Shown piece after piece: positions 1 through 14,078 of a DNA stretch of 64,000 nt (its first letter is position 1; each line of letters opens with the position of its first letter). Location: contig OX597820.1 of NCBI GenBank assembly GCA_951406725.2, positions 12,028,001-12,092,000 on the forward strand, written 5' to 3'. Below the pieces are notes generated by a model. That model had not been told where the DNA came from and made no database searches. It saw only the letters and a list, made by a program, of their open reading frames with translations. Source of the DNA: Octopus vulgaris (Eukaryota). The position numbers were made by a program, and so were the translations under genes.

Positions 1-360
1 ATATAAAAAAAAAAAGTATGTATGTTTTTCTACACAATAGTAAACAAAGACTACAGAGCAGTAACTGATAAATCAGTGGCATAGATTTGGAGAGTCTCTT
101 TTACATGTAAAAGTTCACATCGTAACATTCTTAGATGGGCGTTATATAACCAAGCAACACAAAAACAACGATATACAAAGACAGCAATATATGAGTTCAT
201 ATGGCTTAAATATTGAGAGTTGGATAAAGCTAAGCTGACAGAGTGCAAGTAAGAGCGCTTATGAAATAGCAACAAAAAATATATCTTTAATGAGTGAATA
301 TAAGGTCAGTTAGTAGAGCTCCATATTAATTTTTTCTTCAAAGTCCCTCTTATCTCCCCC

Positions 361-397
<37 letters not shown>

Positions 398-419
398 CAT
401 ATAAATGTAAGTATATACA

Positions 420-537
<118 letters not shown>

Positions 538-687
538 GTGTCAGTTGAGGCAGTGAAAAATTGGCCTCCAATTATGTAACAACTTCAAAACAGGTAACTA
601 GTCAGAAGATAGTAATTTTCAGTTTCTTACCAGATCCATTTTATGTATGTATGTATACGTGTATGTATGTACGCTAGGTTATGTACG

Positions 688-718
<31 letters not shown>

Positions 719-1458
719 GTATACATATGCGTGTGTACATGTGTGTGTGTGTATGCGTGATATCACTACATTGTAATCTAACCAAGAAACAAAAAGGATT
801 TGTAGATACACACACATGGGGAAAAGGGAAAGAAAGAGTGAGATAGAGTGAGAGAGAGTGAGAGAGAGAGAGAGAGAGATTGAGAGAGAGATCACAGTAA
901 TGGAAATAGCTTCAGCAAACATTAAGAGAGGAGAAGGATTTTGAATTAAAAGCATAGACTGATACAAGCGATAACAACCGCAACAACAACAATATTACGA
1001 AGGGGAAGAAAAAAAAGTAGAACATTTGATGACTATATGAAAGGTACGCAAGCTCTGTAATAAACAATATAATTTATACAATAAAAATCATTATATTTGA
1101 AAGGAGAATAATTGACCGATAGAAGGAAATAATTGCAGGGTAGGTTTGCAAAGGAAGATCTTAGCAGAGCATGTTTTAGGCTTTTACGTGGGCGTCAATT
1201 GAAGTTTCAGGCAGTTGGTTTATTAGAAGTATTTGGACTTCAATATCTTCAGCATGGCAAATAGCTTGGGTAATGTAACAACTATATATGTTTCTATAGA
1301 CTTGTTAAGAAGCGCATCTTCGAGTTTAACTAGTTTGAATTAAATATGATGAAAGTGAATTTTAATTGACTTAATTTGCTTACGGCCAATAAGTCACAAA
1401 ATACAGAAATTCTGACGGAACACACACACGCACACACACATACATACACATATTCATG

Positions 1459-1722
1459 CATCCATCCGTCCGTCTGTCCGTCGGTCGGTCGGTCGGTCTG
1501 TCCGTCCGTCCGTCCATCCGTCCGTCCGTCTGTCTGTCCGCCCGTCTATCTGTCCATCTGTCCGTCCGTCCGTCCGTCCGTCCGTCCGTCCGTCCGTCTG
1601 TCTGTCCGTCCGTCTATCTGTCCATCTGTCTGTCCGTCCGTCCGTCAATCCGTCCGTCCGTCCGTCCATCCATCCATCCATCCATCCATCCATCCATCCA
1701 TCCATCCATCCATTCATTCATC
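1459..1722. repeat. (CCGT)n/(CCAT)n tetranucleotide microsatellite
   Basis: Direct reading; source of the PSVR/GRTD ORFs. Confidence 0.95.
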
Positions 1723-1934
1723 CAATAGGTTCTTAAGCTTTTGCCATCTACTAAATTTCACTCAAAACATTAATAACTTTGTGACTATAGTAAAAAATTG
1801 TCTAAGGTGCAATGCAGTGGGACCGAACCCAAAACCTCATGGTTTCGAAGCACATGTTTTAACCATACAGCTATGCCTGCACCTCTATTACTGGTATGTT
1901 TTTTTAAGAATCCACAGTTCAGTGGGGGCAGATA

Positions 1935-3208
1935 CGAGGGACGTTCAATAAGTAATGGCCCTGACCCACTTCCCATAGCAGTAGAGCAACGAAACTTGGC
2001 GCAGTTATTAGTCTTTTTCTACATAGGAACCACCCAGAGTTACGCATTTTCCCATCGTTTGATGCAGCTCTGAAGACCGTTTTTGTAGAAGACCCCAGCT
2101 TGGTCCTCCAACCACGACGTGACTTCAGAAATCAAGGCTGCATCATCTGGGAAACGCTTTCCTTTCAAAAACAACTTCATGGCTGGGAAGAGGTGAAAAT
2201 CAGAGGGTGCAGGTCAGAGAGTAGGGGATGGGGGATGAGTTCATAGCCGCACGCCTGTGCTTCTGATCTGGCGACACGCGAGTTGTGGATCGGAGCGTTG
2301 TCCTGCAGGAGGAGGATGCCTTTGCTGATCTTGCCCCGCCTCTTGATTTTGATAGCTTCTCTTAATTTCCTCAAAAGTGAAGCATAATAGACTCCTGTAA
2401 TTGTGGCACCCTTTGCCAGGAAATCTGTCATCACTACTCCGTCCTGGTCCCAGAAGACTGTGAGCATGACCTTGTCAGCGGAGGACTGCACCCTTGCCTT
2501 CTTTGGAGGAGGTGAGTCACGGTGCTTCCACTGCATTGACTGGGCTTTGGTCTCTGGATCATAGTGATGGACCCAGGTTTCATCCTGTGTAATCAGTCTT
2601 TTGAAAAATTTGGACTCATCTTCTTGGCACATCTTCAAATTCATCCTCGCGCAATCGACGCATTCTTGCTCCTGGAAATGTGTGAGCAACCTGGGAATCC
2701 ATCTGGCAGACACCTTTTGCATATGCAAATGGTCATGAATGATAGTTTCCACAGACCCGGTACTAATCTTGACCTCATGGGATATTTGGCGAATAGTTAT
2801 GCGTCGATCTTCCAAAATGGCAGCCTCAACTTGACGGACAGTTGCCTCATCAATGGCAGAAGGGGGGCGACCAGATCTAGGAGCTGTTTCCAAAAAGTTC
2901 CGACTATGTTTGAATTCACGATGCCAGCGTTTTACAAGGTCATATGATGGGGCATCATCACCATAAGTTACTTTTATTCATCAAAAGTCTCCCGTGGTGT
3001 GCGTCCTTTCAAATACAAAAACCGCATCACTGCTCGACACTCAACAGGCTCCGTTTCACACTTGACTCAGTTTAAACACCTGTAAATCAGAAACCAGAAT
3101 TAGTTCATAGCTTAATCTATAGAGATATAGGTAATTACACATGCAAAATTTCAGCTAGATCAAACAACTGCAAGTGGGTCAGGGGCATTACTTATTGAAC
3201 GCCCCTCG
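1935..3208 (-). mobile_element. Full-length mariner (Tc1/mariner DD34D) DNA transposon, about 1.27 kb
   Basis: 37-bp TIRs CGAGGG(A/G)CGTTCAATAAGTAATG(G/C)CCCTGACCCACTT with 2 mismatches; TA dinucleotides at 1933-1934 and 3209-3210; internal transposase. Confidence 0.96.
2008..3054 (-). pseudogene. Mariner transposase pseudogene
   Basis: ORF 2177-2893 has WIPRLL, TQDETW and LLQDNAP. Other frames give N-terminal EPVECRAVMRFLYLKG and C-terminal SDFHLFPAMK...GGSYVEKD*. The start appears mutated to ACG, with frameshifts near 2975 and in the YSPDLAPSD region. Confidence 0.93.
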
Positions 3209-4019
3209 TACAATACTTCGTTCACTGTGATTGCTGGTTCAAGTCTAGGCATGTGAAGTGTTCCCTGATATGAACAGAAAGGATGTAAAGCATTTTATTC
3301 AGATTTGTCACGACTTTACTTAGCTGTTGTACCATGGCAGAATAATATTGTAGACAAATTATTTCTTCGATTTCATTCTATACCTAAGATTATTTACCTC
3401 TTGAGGTAAGCCGAAAAATTATAAATATCTTCTCTCTAGGCAGTAACAAGTGCGTAACGAAGAAGGTAGCTTTCAAAGACGCTTCCTCCTAGGATTGCCA
3501 CTTCAATACAACATATGTGAACTTTTACACAGGAATCATTTGTTTTAGACAAAAATAGAATTTCAACGGAAATAATGTATTTCGTGATTTTTTTATAAAT
3601 TTCCATCTATTTAAAGTTTTCGAATAAACATGGGATTTCCACGATTTCTGCTCGTATATATTATGATATTATGTTCGCCCTTTTAGCTGCATTTTTGTGG
3701 GTGTTTGTCAAGGTAATATGAAGCTTTAATATAAAGCTTCAAACATTTTATTGAACATTCTTTTAAACTCCAGTCTCTAAATGTAATTTTAGATATGTTC
3801 AAAAAAAATTGTACGCACACACACACACACACACACACACATCCGCACACGCACACAGACATACACGCACATATTTTCATACACGCAGAAACATATCCTC
3901 ATTACCGTCATCATTCTTACGCCTACTTTCCATATTGACGTGAATGAGACAGATTTTCACGGCCTGAGTCAGTTCCTGTTCTTATTAACAACCACTGACC
4001 TCTCAAACTGCCCACACAT

Positions 4020-4255
4020 AAGGCGGTGAGCTGGTAGAATTGTGAGTACGCCGGGCGAAATGTTTAGCCGTATTTCGTCTGCCTTTACGTTCTGAGTTCA
4101 AATTCCACCGAGGTTGACTTTGCCTTTCATCTTTTCGGGGTCAATTAAATAAGTACCAGTTACGTACTGGGGTCGATATAATCGACTTAATCCGTTTGTC
4201 TGTCCTTGTTTGTCCCCTCTGTGTTTAGCCCCTTGTGGGTAGTAAAGAAAAAAAA
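4020..4255 (+). mobile_element. tRNA-derived SINE family A, monomer
   Basis: A-box-like GAGCTGGTAGAA, B-box GAGTTCAAATTCC, central GACTTTGCCTTTCATC..TTCGGGGTC (resembles the MetaSINE domain, from memory), tail GCCCCTTGTGGGTAGTAAAGAAA; 15-bp TSD AAACTGCCCACACAT at 4005 and 4256. Confidence 0.9.
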
Positions 4256-4741
4256 AAACTGCCCACACATTTATTTTCATATTTATTTCATTTTCATCTT
4301 TGGTTTACTTATTACAGCTGGAGAGCCTTTATATCATCAACCACTTCATAGTGCACTGGTGCATTTTATCGTGGCACTCGCACGATAGGGGTTATCTTGT
4401 ATACCGTAAGAGTAATGTTCTGAAGCGTGTCACTATCGCTCAATACAAGGCGAATGAGAAGGGAAATAGGTGTGTGAGATCAATGAGTATGAATAGGTTG
4501 ATGAAGGAATCGACAGTGTGATGTAACTGAATGATTGGGGTAATGAAATCAAAAAGGAGAGTTCCCTAAAGGTAAAAATTAGTGATGGTTGATACAGCGG
4601 AAGTGGGAAAGTCGATTACGTCAACCCCTGTGTTCAACTTGTACTTTTTTTATCGACTTCCAAAAGGTGAAAGGCGAATTCGACTTCGGCGGAATTTGAA
4701 CTCAGAACGTAAAGACGGACGAAATGCCGCTAAGCACTTTA

Positions 4742-5156
4742 TAGGCGTATGAGTGGAGTGTGGTAAGTAACTTGCTTACCAACCACATGGTTCTGGGTTC
4801 AGTCCCACTGTGTGGCACCTTCGGCAAGTGTCTTCTACTATAGCCTCGGGCCGACCAAAGCCTTGTGAGTGTATTTGGTAGACGGAAACTGAAAGAAGCT
4901 CGTCGTATATATGTATATATATATATGTGTATGTGTGTGCATATGTTTGTGAGTATGTGTTTGTTCCCCCAACATCGCTTGACAACCGATGCTGGTGTGT
5001 TTACGTCCCCGTAATTTAGCGGTTCGGCAAAAGGCACCGATAGAATGAGTACTAGGTTTACAAAGAATAAGTCCTGGGGTTGTTTTGCTCGACTAAAAGG
5101 CGGTGCTCCAGCATGGCCACAGTCAAATGACTGAAACAAGTAAAAGAGTAAAAGAG
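4742..5156 (+). mobile_element. tRNA-derived SINE family B nested in a minus-strand family A copy (about 4600-5190)
   Basis: Head TAGGCG..GTGTGGTAAG..GGGTTCAGTCCC, internal (TA/TG)n, tail GGCGGTGCTCCAGCATGGCCACAGTCAAATGACTGAAACAAGTAAAAGAG. The host SINE A head resumes directly after 5156. Confidence 0.9.
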
Positions 5157-5199
5157 GTGTGCTAACGACTCTGCTACTTCGCTGCCTTAACATCACATT

Positions 5200-6045
5200 A
5201 AATATTTCCCCTTACTATAGGTTCATGGTCTGAAACTTAGAGGGAGGAGGCTAGTCGGTTACATCGACCCCAGTGCTCCACTGATACTTAGTCTATCGAT
5301 ACCGAAAGGATGAGAGGCAAAGACAACCTTGGAAGAATTTGTACTCAGAACGTACAAACGGTCGAGATGCCGCTAAACATTTTACCTGGCGTTTTAACTC
5401 TTCTTCCAGCTCACCACCTTAACATCTGATTAAATATTGATTTCAAATTTTGGCACAACACCAGTAATTTTGGGGGATGTGTAAGTCGATTACATCGACT
5501 CCAGTGTTTAATTGGTACTTATTTTATCGACGTCGAAAGGATGAAAGGCAAAGTCGATCTCGGCAGAATTTGAACTCAGAACGTACAGACGGTCGTGATG
5601 CCGCTAAACATTTCGCCCGGCGTTTTAGCGATCCTTATTTCTTTACTGCCCACAAGAGGCTAAACATAAAGGAGACAAACAAGGACAGACACAGGGATTA
5701 AGTCGATTACTTGTACTTAACTGGTACATAATTTATCGACCCCGAAAAGATGAAAGGCAAAGTCGACTTCGGCGAAATTTTAACTCAGAACGTAACTGCA
5801 GACAAAATACCTATTTCTTTACTACCCACAAGGGGCTAAACACAGAAGGGACAAACAAGGACAGACAAACAGATTAAGTCGATTATATCGACCCCAGTGC
5901 GTAACTGGTACATATTTAATCGACCCCGAAAGGATGAAAGGCAAAGTCGACCTCGGCGGAATTTGAACTCAGAACGTAACGGCAGACGAAATACCGGTAA
6001 GCATTTTGCCCGGCGTTTTAACGATTCTGTCGGATCACCACCTTA
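5200..6045 (-). mobile_element. Cluster of family A SINEs (monomer about 5200-5420, trimer about 5434-6045)
   Basis: Repeated GAAAGGATGAAAGGCAAAGTCGACCTCGGCGGAATTTGAACTCAGAAC blocks; TTAACATCTGATTAAATATTG repeated at about 5419 and 6043. Confidence 0.88.
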
Positions 6046-6650
6046 ACATCTGATTAAATATTGCAAGATTATTTTCTCCGTTACTCTATGACTTCTGCCC
6101 GCCCACTTATAATCTTGAATATTAATGATTTCTACTTTGGCATACAGCCAGACAGGCTTTTGGAAACGTAGAGTCGATATTAATCTATCTCATTGTTTGA
6201 GTGGTACTTATATCATTGACCCGGAAGAACGAAGACAACGACGACTTATCCTCATCATGCAAAGAGACGTAAATAAATATTGCAATTAAATACTGTAATT
6301 AAATGCTCGAACTGAATATCATTTAACGTGCTGCAGTTTCTGTTACTCCACGGCCCATATTTTGCGTCATGATGACGTTTACTCGGGAAGATAATATACA
6401 CCGTGCATACAAACACGTAGATTCACACACCTCCATACACACACACACACACACACACATGTACATGTATATAGGTACGTATATATGTGTGTGTTTGTGT
6501 GTGTGTGCGTGTGTATAATTATATATGTGCATATGTGTACATATATATATGTATGTATATATATATATATGTATATATATATGCATATGTATATATGATA
6601 ATGTAGATGCATATGTGTATATATATGTAAATATACACACACACATACAT

Positions 6651-6711
<61 letters not shown>

Positions 6712-6890
6712 CGCACACAGAGACACTACCATATGTAACGACGCTTCCTTGTAAAGTAACGCTCACACACATAAACACACACATGTTTCTATGCATATAC
6801 ACTTGCATGTCTGCATACATGTATGTATTCAGGCATGCATGTATGGTGTGTGTACAATGTATGCATTCATGTTCGTATGCATGTATGAGC

Positions 6891-6995
<105 letters not shown>

Positions 6996-8849
6996 TCTAT
7001 ATGTATATGGATGTATATAAGTATACATATGTACATGTGTGCGTATTTGTGTGTGTGTGTGTGTACAGTGTGCGGGGTGTGTGTATGTAGGTTTAGGTGA
7101 ATATTTTATTCATGGCATCTATTTATTCTTATTTGCAGACTTCGAGCCAGTCCCTAAACAAATGACAAGGCTGCTTTGTTTCGATTGAAGTCAGTTCAGT
7201 TCTAAGTATTTGTGGATATGTTTATGCGATTTTACACGTACATATATGTGGGTGGGTGTATGTGTGATTGTACTTGTATTCATGTTATGCTTGTCTGATG
7301 TATCTGTAATACATTGTGTGTGTGTGTGTGATCAATTTTTTGCATACATGTGTGCGTGTGTGTGTGTGTGTGTTTGTATGCCGTACGTACATATAGGATT
7401 CTACGAATAAATTGGTAGTGGGTATTCATTTTGTGAAAATTGACACGAATAAATAACTAAAAAAACCGAGCTGTTTTGCACATTATATGACCTATGATGC
7501 TTTCATTTCTCTGTGAAGATCACAAACACAAAACAGGTTCAAAACGACAAATCTTCTTCTGTGTGTGCCGTGACTATGTTTAACACAATTTTAGCCATCC
7601 GTGATAAACTTCATGTAGCAAAATTTACAGTGCATGTCTTTGTGTAAACGCCAGCAGCCTTCTGATGTGTATCTCTTCTGAGTTGCTACAGTTTTTTTTT
7701 TATTATTATCACCGAATTTGTCCTCGTATCATCCGACACTATGACGGAAGATGAAATGGTGAAGACACTCTTATATCTCCATTCGCCCGATTTTAGCACG
7801 TTCTTTGTTACACATTCCTTTTCGCGCGAAGCCTTCTGCTTCGGCTTTTTTTCAGTGCGTGGAAAAAAAAAAAGCTTCAATCACTTATGATTACCCTCAT
7901 AATCTAAAGAAAAACAATTCTTTGGAGTTGTTTTAATAAAAAAAAAAAAACGCTATGAAAATACTGTGGGAAATAATTCCTACTATAACCGTTGATTCAA
8001 ACGTTTGGAAAATTCAGTGCAGAGGGGGTTGTCAATTGTTCTCCCTGCAATCCTTTAAAAGATTCCGTTTTTACGCATTTAGCTTCAAAGGCTTGATTGC
8101 GGCTTTTATCTGGCCTGGACAACCTGGGAAGACGGCAGCTTTTTCTCTAATTCTACTTTTCACATCCCATTATTAGGTCTGTTGCACTCAACTACTTGTT
8201 CTTTTTGTTGTATTCAATAACTTTTCTCTTTCCCTCATGACATAGTGTTGTTTTTTGCCTTTGTTGTTGGTGTTTCTTGTATCTCTCTTGATGTTCGAGG
8301 TTGTGAGTGTGTAATCATCACCTTGTGATGATGCCACTTTTTATCTCATTTGGGTCAGTGCTATTTATTACTCTGAGAAGATGCGTGTCAGGATGTTCTT
8401 CTCTCTATAAAATATACACCAATGGTCTTTTTTGTGCAAGTTTTTCGGCGTATGGGAGTGTCTCATACAAAATTCGAAGAAAGGAGACGCAGAATAGTTC
8501 TATTTCCCACAAGCCTGTGCACGTTATCCGCTTCTTGGAAAGTTTCCATTTTGTCCAGGCTCCCCGGAATACTATGAGGAGTAGATAAACAGCCGACAAC
8601 TGATGAAGAGTAATTCTTTATGTTACTTGTCTTGTTTTCCATTTGTTTCTTTCGTTGTTCGCAAAAACTGTTCGTATTCCATGTTTTCGTATTTCGTAGT
8701 TCATGTTGTTTACGTTCTATGACGTCCTGTACCCATATATGTATATGTATATACATACATACATACATACATACATACATACACAAACACACACACACAC
8801 ACATATATATATATAATTACATGATTGAACGCCACGCATTCATTTCCAA

Positions 8850-8909
<60 letters not shown>

Positions 8910-8911
8910 TG

Positions 8912-8946
<35 letters not shown>

Positions 8947-9323
8947 TATCCGAACGAGCAAGAGAAGTTGAGATGACAACACTTATAGATAGGCAAGAAG
9001 GAGGAGCATTATGATGTAAGACACTTCCTAGAATTTTGAAGAGTAACATCACTGGCGACGCTACCGAAGTTCTCAAGGCTGATAGACTATTGATATATTA
9101 GATCAGAAAATAGGTCTTTAGTAGAGCAGGAGGTTCTTGCTTACAACAAATTCCATCATGTTTTAAGTCTTAGAAATGAAAATTAAATAATGGTATTTCA
9201 ATGGATTAATCTTCAACTCTTTGTTTGCAATGAACAAAATTATTCCAGCTGTGTTAGATTACTCTGTCACCCACTTTTATTAAATTCTATCGCTAAAAAT
9301 TGTAAAAACAGATATTTACCCCC

Positions 9324-9533
9324 CACTTAAAAATGGATGTTGTGTTAGAACACAAAATACTGCGTTAGCTATCAGGAGAGAACCTCTCATATGGACCGTT
9401 GGCGCATATAAGCGTTCTTGTTTATATCGCTAGCTGGAGATAAACAAGAGTGCTTTAAGTGCACCAAAAGTTCATATGAGAGGTTCTCTCATGGTAATGC
9501 AGTGTTGTGTTCTATCACAACCATTTTAAAGTG
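9324..9533. mobile_element. Imperfect foldback (MITE-like) element of about 210 bp
   Basis: CACTTAAAAATGG..GAGAGAACCTCTCATATG..CTTGTTTAT is mirrored by ATAAACAAG..CATATGAGAGGTTCTCTC..CCATTTTAAAGTG. Confidence 0.65.
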
Positions 9534-9583
9534 ATATTAATACCGCCTCTGTTGCTATTAATTATTTTGCAAAAAGAAATGAT

Positions 9584-9878
9584 TTTATAAGCCATTTAAG
9601 AAACACACAAAAACCGTTAGATTCACTTCAACATTTAAATTTAATTTGTCAAAATATTTTCGTCGCTTTGAGACCGCGACCTGTTCACTGACAAAACTTC
9701 AACAAGTCGCGGTCTCAAAGCGACGAAAATATTTTGACAAATTAAATTTAAATGTTGAAGTGAATCTAACGGTTTTTGTGTGTTTCTTAAATGGCTTGAT
9801 AAACACCTTCCACGCTGCAATTGTTTTCGTTCCAGCACACGATTTCAGATCAAGTCACTCGCTATGCAAGTACATCTC
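9584..9878. mobile_element. Penelope-like (PLE) terminal remnant in inverted configuration
   Basis: Inverted arms of about 100 bp (9587-9684 and 9701-9797); same family at 59887-60093; contains a hammerhead-like motif. Confidence 0.75.
9645..9695 (-). ncRNA. Minimal type I hammerhead ribozyme-like motif, G3:C8 variant
   Basis: UUUGUCA-GUGAACA-G-GUCGC(GGUCUCAAA)GCGAC-GAAA-AUAUUU-UGACAAA: 7-bp stem I, 5-bp stem II, palindromic stem III AAUAUU. Confidence 0.6.
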
Positions 9879-10113
9879 CAGAAATGTTTTTCTTTTTGTT
9901 AAGAAAAAAAAATCGAAACATGTCTCCCCTTTTCCGTGCATTTCGAAAATCCTCTGTGAGTTGGCCACATAAATATTTGAAATTTTATTTAACAAACCAA
10001 TAAAGGAGACGTAATGCTAGAAGTTTTGCCGTAAATCATTCCCTATTTTCTTAAAAAAGACAATGTTTATTGTTGCATGGACTTCTGCTGCAGCTATTAA
10101 TACTAGTACAGCC

Positions 10114-10244
10114 CACTACTACTACTACCACCACACCACCACCACCACCACCCGACCACCACCACCACCACCACCGCCGCCGCCGCCGCCGCCGCTACCG
10201 CTGTGACCGCCACGACGACGACGACGACGACGACGACCACCACC

Positions 10245-10304
<60 letters not shown>

Positions 10305-10403
10305 GCTGCTAGCACCACCACCGCCTCTACGACTTCTATTGCCATAAATTACCACCAGAACTAATACGATCACCACCACCACCACCATCACCACCACCAC
10401 TAT

Positions 10404-10438
<35 letters not shown>

Positions 10439-10732
10439 TTAACACCATCACCACCACGACCTCTATAACTATTACTGCCTCTAATTACCACCATGATCAC
10501 CACCATCACGATCACCACCACCACCACCAACACCACGACCTCAACAACTACTATTGTCATCAATTACCACCATCACCACCGCCATCACCATCATCACCAC
10601 CACCACCTCTGCAACTACTATTGTCACTAATTACCACCACCACCACCGCCATCACCATCATCACCACCACCTCTGCAACTACTATTGTCACTAATTACCA
10701 CCACCACCACCACCACCACCACCACCACCACC

Positions 10733-10795
<63 letters not shown>
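10114..10795. repeat. Compound trinucleotide microsatellite (CAC/TAC/CGC/GAC/CAT)n
   Basis: Direct reading; produces the poly-H/Y/T/V ORFs. Confidence 0.95.
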
Positions 10796-10796
<1 letters not shown>

Positions 10797-11653
10797 CCGT
10801 AGTGCTAAATGCGCACAATGCATAAAAAAACAAAACAGAACGGTCACGAACGAAACGTTTTTGATCATGGATCTCCTCAATCAGTGCCATGCTTGCGAGC
10901 TAAAAAAAAACCCAACAACCCCTAAAAACACCCTTAAATCCCACCATCACAGCGGGGACACCGACAGCTCCTGATATATGGCTTTTGTTGAGATATTATT
11001 CCGGTAATTAATAATTCATTTGTTACAGAATTCTCTCGTCTGCAGTCTTCTTTAATTCCGTTCTATATATACGTAACTGCGTTCTTCTGCTTGTTTACCT
11101 TTTGTTTAGCCAGTTATTGATTTTTGAATAAATTGATATTTATTTCTTCTGTAGCAATTTGTGACTAGCACAACACGAACACATGTAGGAACGCATACAC
11201 TTGCACAACAACACAAACATGCGTACACATCTGAACATCGTATTGATATGTGTCTGCACATGCGCAATCACATACATATTCATATATCAGACATGTATAT
11301 TTCCTAAGGGAAAATTAGCTGTGGTGTGTATATCTTTAAGTATGTGTTTGCGTGTGTGTCTATATATATATATGTATATATATATATGTGTGTATATATG
11401 TACTTACATACATGCATGCATGCATACATATGCACATACATACATACGTTCGTACTACATACACGCATAAAGACACACACGCGCACACACACATGCACAG
11501 ACGCACACATACATATGCACAAACACATGCACACTCATGTATAATATATGTTTACTATATATATATATATATATATAATAAACATATATATAAAATTTAG
11601 TTATATATATATATATAACTAAATTTGTGTGTATGTATATCCATATATGTTTG

Positions 11654-11741
<88 letters not shown>

Positions 11742-11743
11742 CA

Positions 11744-11775
<32 letters not shown>

Positions 11776-12130
11776 CACATACATATAATAAATTTATTGC
11801 ATAGAGATGCTTCATGTTTCGCCTAACGGGGCAAGCATTCATTTTCAATAAGTTGTGAGGTGAAAATTGAAATACCAGCCAACTCAACATGAATTTTACA
11901 GTAAATATCGACTCAAAATTTAGTATTGACTTACCACATTAAGAAATTGTACCTTCTCTGTCTCTTTCTTCCTTCCTTTCTTTCTTTCCTTCTTTCCTTC
12001 TTTCCTTCTTTCTTTCTTTCTATACATACATACATACATATGCCATAAACCTAACGATCATTGTGAAAGTGACCGTGCTTCACCAGTAAGCTGCCGGATG
12101 TAAGCCATTCGTTTTATTATACATATATAT

Positions 12131-12205
12131 GAAGGAACCTTGGATCTAGGTTAGAAACTATTCTTTCTCTATTGGCAAGAAATCTTGAAATAAAACTGAA
12201 TAATC
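12131..12205 (+). mobile_element. 3' UTR end of an R4/Dong-like non-LTR element
   Basis: Matches 30515-30579 (CCTTGGATCTAGGTTAGAAAC..TCTATTGGCAAGAAATCTTGAAATAAA); followed by (CATA)n. Confidence 0.7.
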
Positions 12206-12282
12206 ACATACATGTACACATACATACATACATACATTTGTTTTTTGTAAATTCTCACTACGTTCATACATACATACATACA

Positions 12283-12316
<34 letters not shown>

Positions 12317-12627
12317 CATACATACATACATACACACACACATACATACACACACACATACAAGGCAAAGATATGTTCTGGTGTAGAAATCATCTGCCAA
12401 TGCAATTAGAAAAATACAAGAGAAAGAGGACATCTAAGGACCATTGATGAGGAATTTGCAAATCCAGTACCCAAGATGCACTTTCAGCTTCATATCTATT
12501 ACTATCAGAGCTGCAGGATAGATATAAATCTCCCTGGATCAAAATATGGCTGAACTTGAGATCTTGGGGAGAGAATATAAAACATTAATTCATAAACTAC
12601 GAAGGATCATGGTATCTGGGACTATAA

Positions 12628-13009
12628 TCTCTCTATATATAAAGCTGAAGTTGTCTGTGTATGGCAGGTTTGGTAGCCTTCAGCTAACACTATCTCCTCC
12701 AAGACCTTGCGGTGCAAGTTGACCAAAATTGAGAGTATGATAGAAGGCTTGCTCTTCCTTCCGTAGTAGAAAAAAATTCAAATCGGACCATGTTAACACC
12801 AAAAATTATTTACATAAAAAAAGTGATTTTTTCTATGAAAATTCCTAGTTTTTACGATTTTTTGACTGCTGTGTCGCCATTTTTCGGTGTATTTCAACCA
12901 GAAAAAATGTTCGCTTAAAGAGAATAACAAGCTATATAATGCAGAATTTTTACTTTTCAAAAATTCCAATTCTAAAGGGTCGAAACAAACCTGAGCAACG
13001 CCGGGCTAG
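12628..13009 (+). mobile_element. Non-autonomous Helitron
   Basis: A|TC...CTAG|T termini; subterminal hairpin CCTGAGCAACGCCGGG; no TSD. Confidence 0.85.
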
Positions 13010-13168
13010 TAATTTATAAGACTTTCTTAATAATTGAGGGGTGACTGTTCAAAGAAGATGCTGATCTTCGTAACCTTGCTACATGTGAAAATTGATTTTA
13101 AACTAAAAAGCGAAAGGGAACAAACATACATATATACATTCACACAAATAAAATAAGATAACTAAGTG

Positions 13169-13316
13169 AAGGCAATTTGATATTCCTAGGACATTTATAA
13201 ATAGGAATGTAATCTTACAGGTGTGTCAGGGAAATAAATGATATCATTTACTTCCCTGAAACAGCTGTAAGACCACATTTCTATATATAAATGTCCTAGG
13301 AGTATCAAATTGCCTT
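13169..13316. repeat. Imperfect palindrome of about 150 bp, probable PLE remnant
   Basis: Centre AAATGAT|ATCATTT at 13242/13243; arms AAGGCAATTTGATA.TCCTAGGACATTTATA; GAAACAGCTGTA resembles a hammerhead 3' half. Confidence 0.7.
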
Positions 13317-13455
13317 GGCGTTGGTATCTTATTTCGTTTAGCATATACACGCTCACACATGACCTGCCTTAGACTCCTCACACATACTATTATTGAGCCA
13401 GGAGTTTAACAGTGGTCCTTCCGTAGCATTTACATAGCATTACCTGTCTTTTTGG

Positions 13456-13731
<276 letters not shown>

Positions 13732-13953
13732 CATAGATAGATATATGAGTCTGCTAAAATGAATTCATAGGCACACATATAACATTTCCTCTGATGATAT
13801 TGTGCTCATGTAACATTAATGTAAATTTAATGTTCATTGAGTATTAACTGAAACGGCTGTAAGTGAAGATGACCAACTTGCTGTTAACAATAAACAATTA
13901 TTAGCTTCCTAATCTCTATTTTCTTTTCTTCTTTTGTATATATATATACATAT

Positions 13954-14010
13954 ATATTGTTGTATTTCGGGATGGTCATTTTATTATTTTTTTTGCCAAA
14001 TAAGCACACG

Positions 14011-14078
<68 letters not shown>

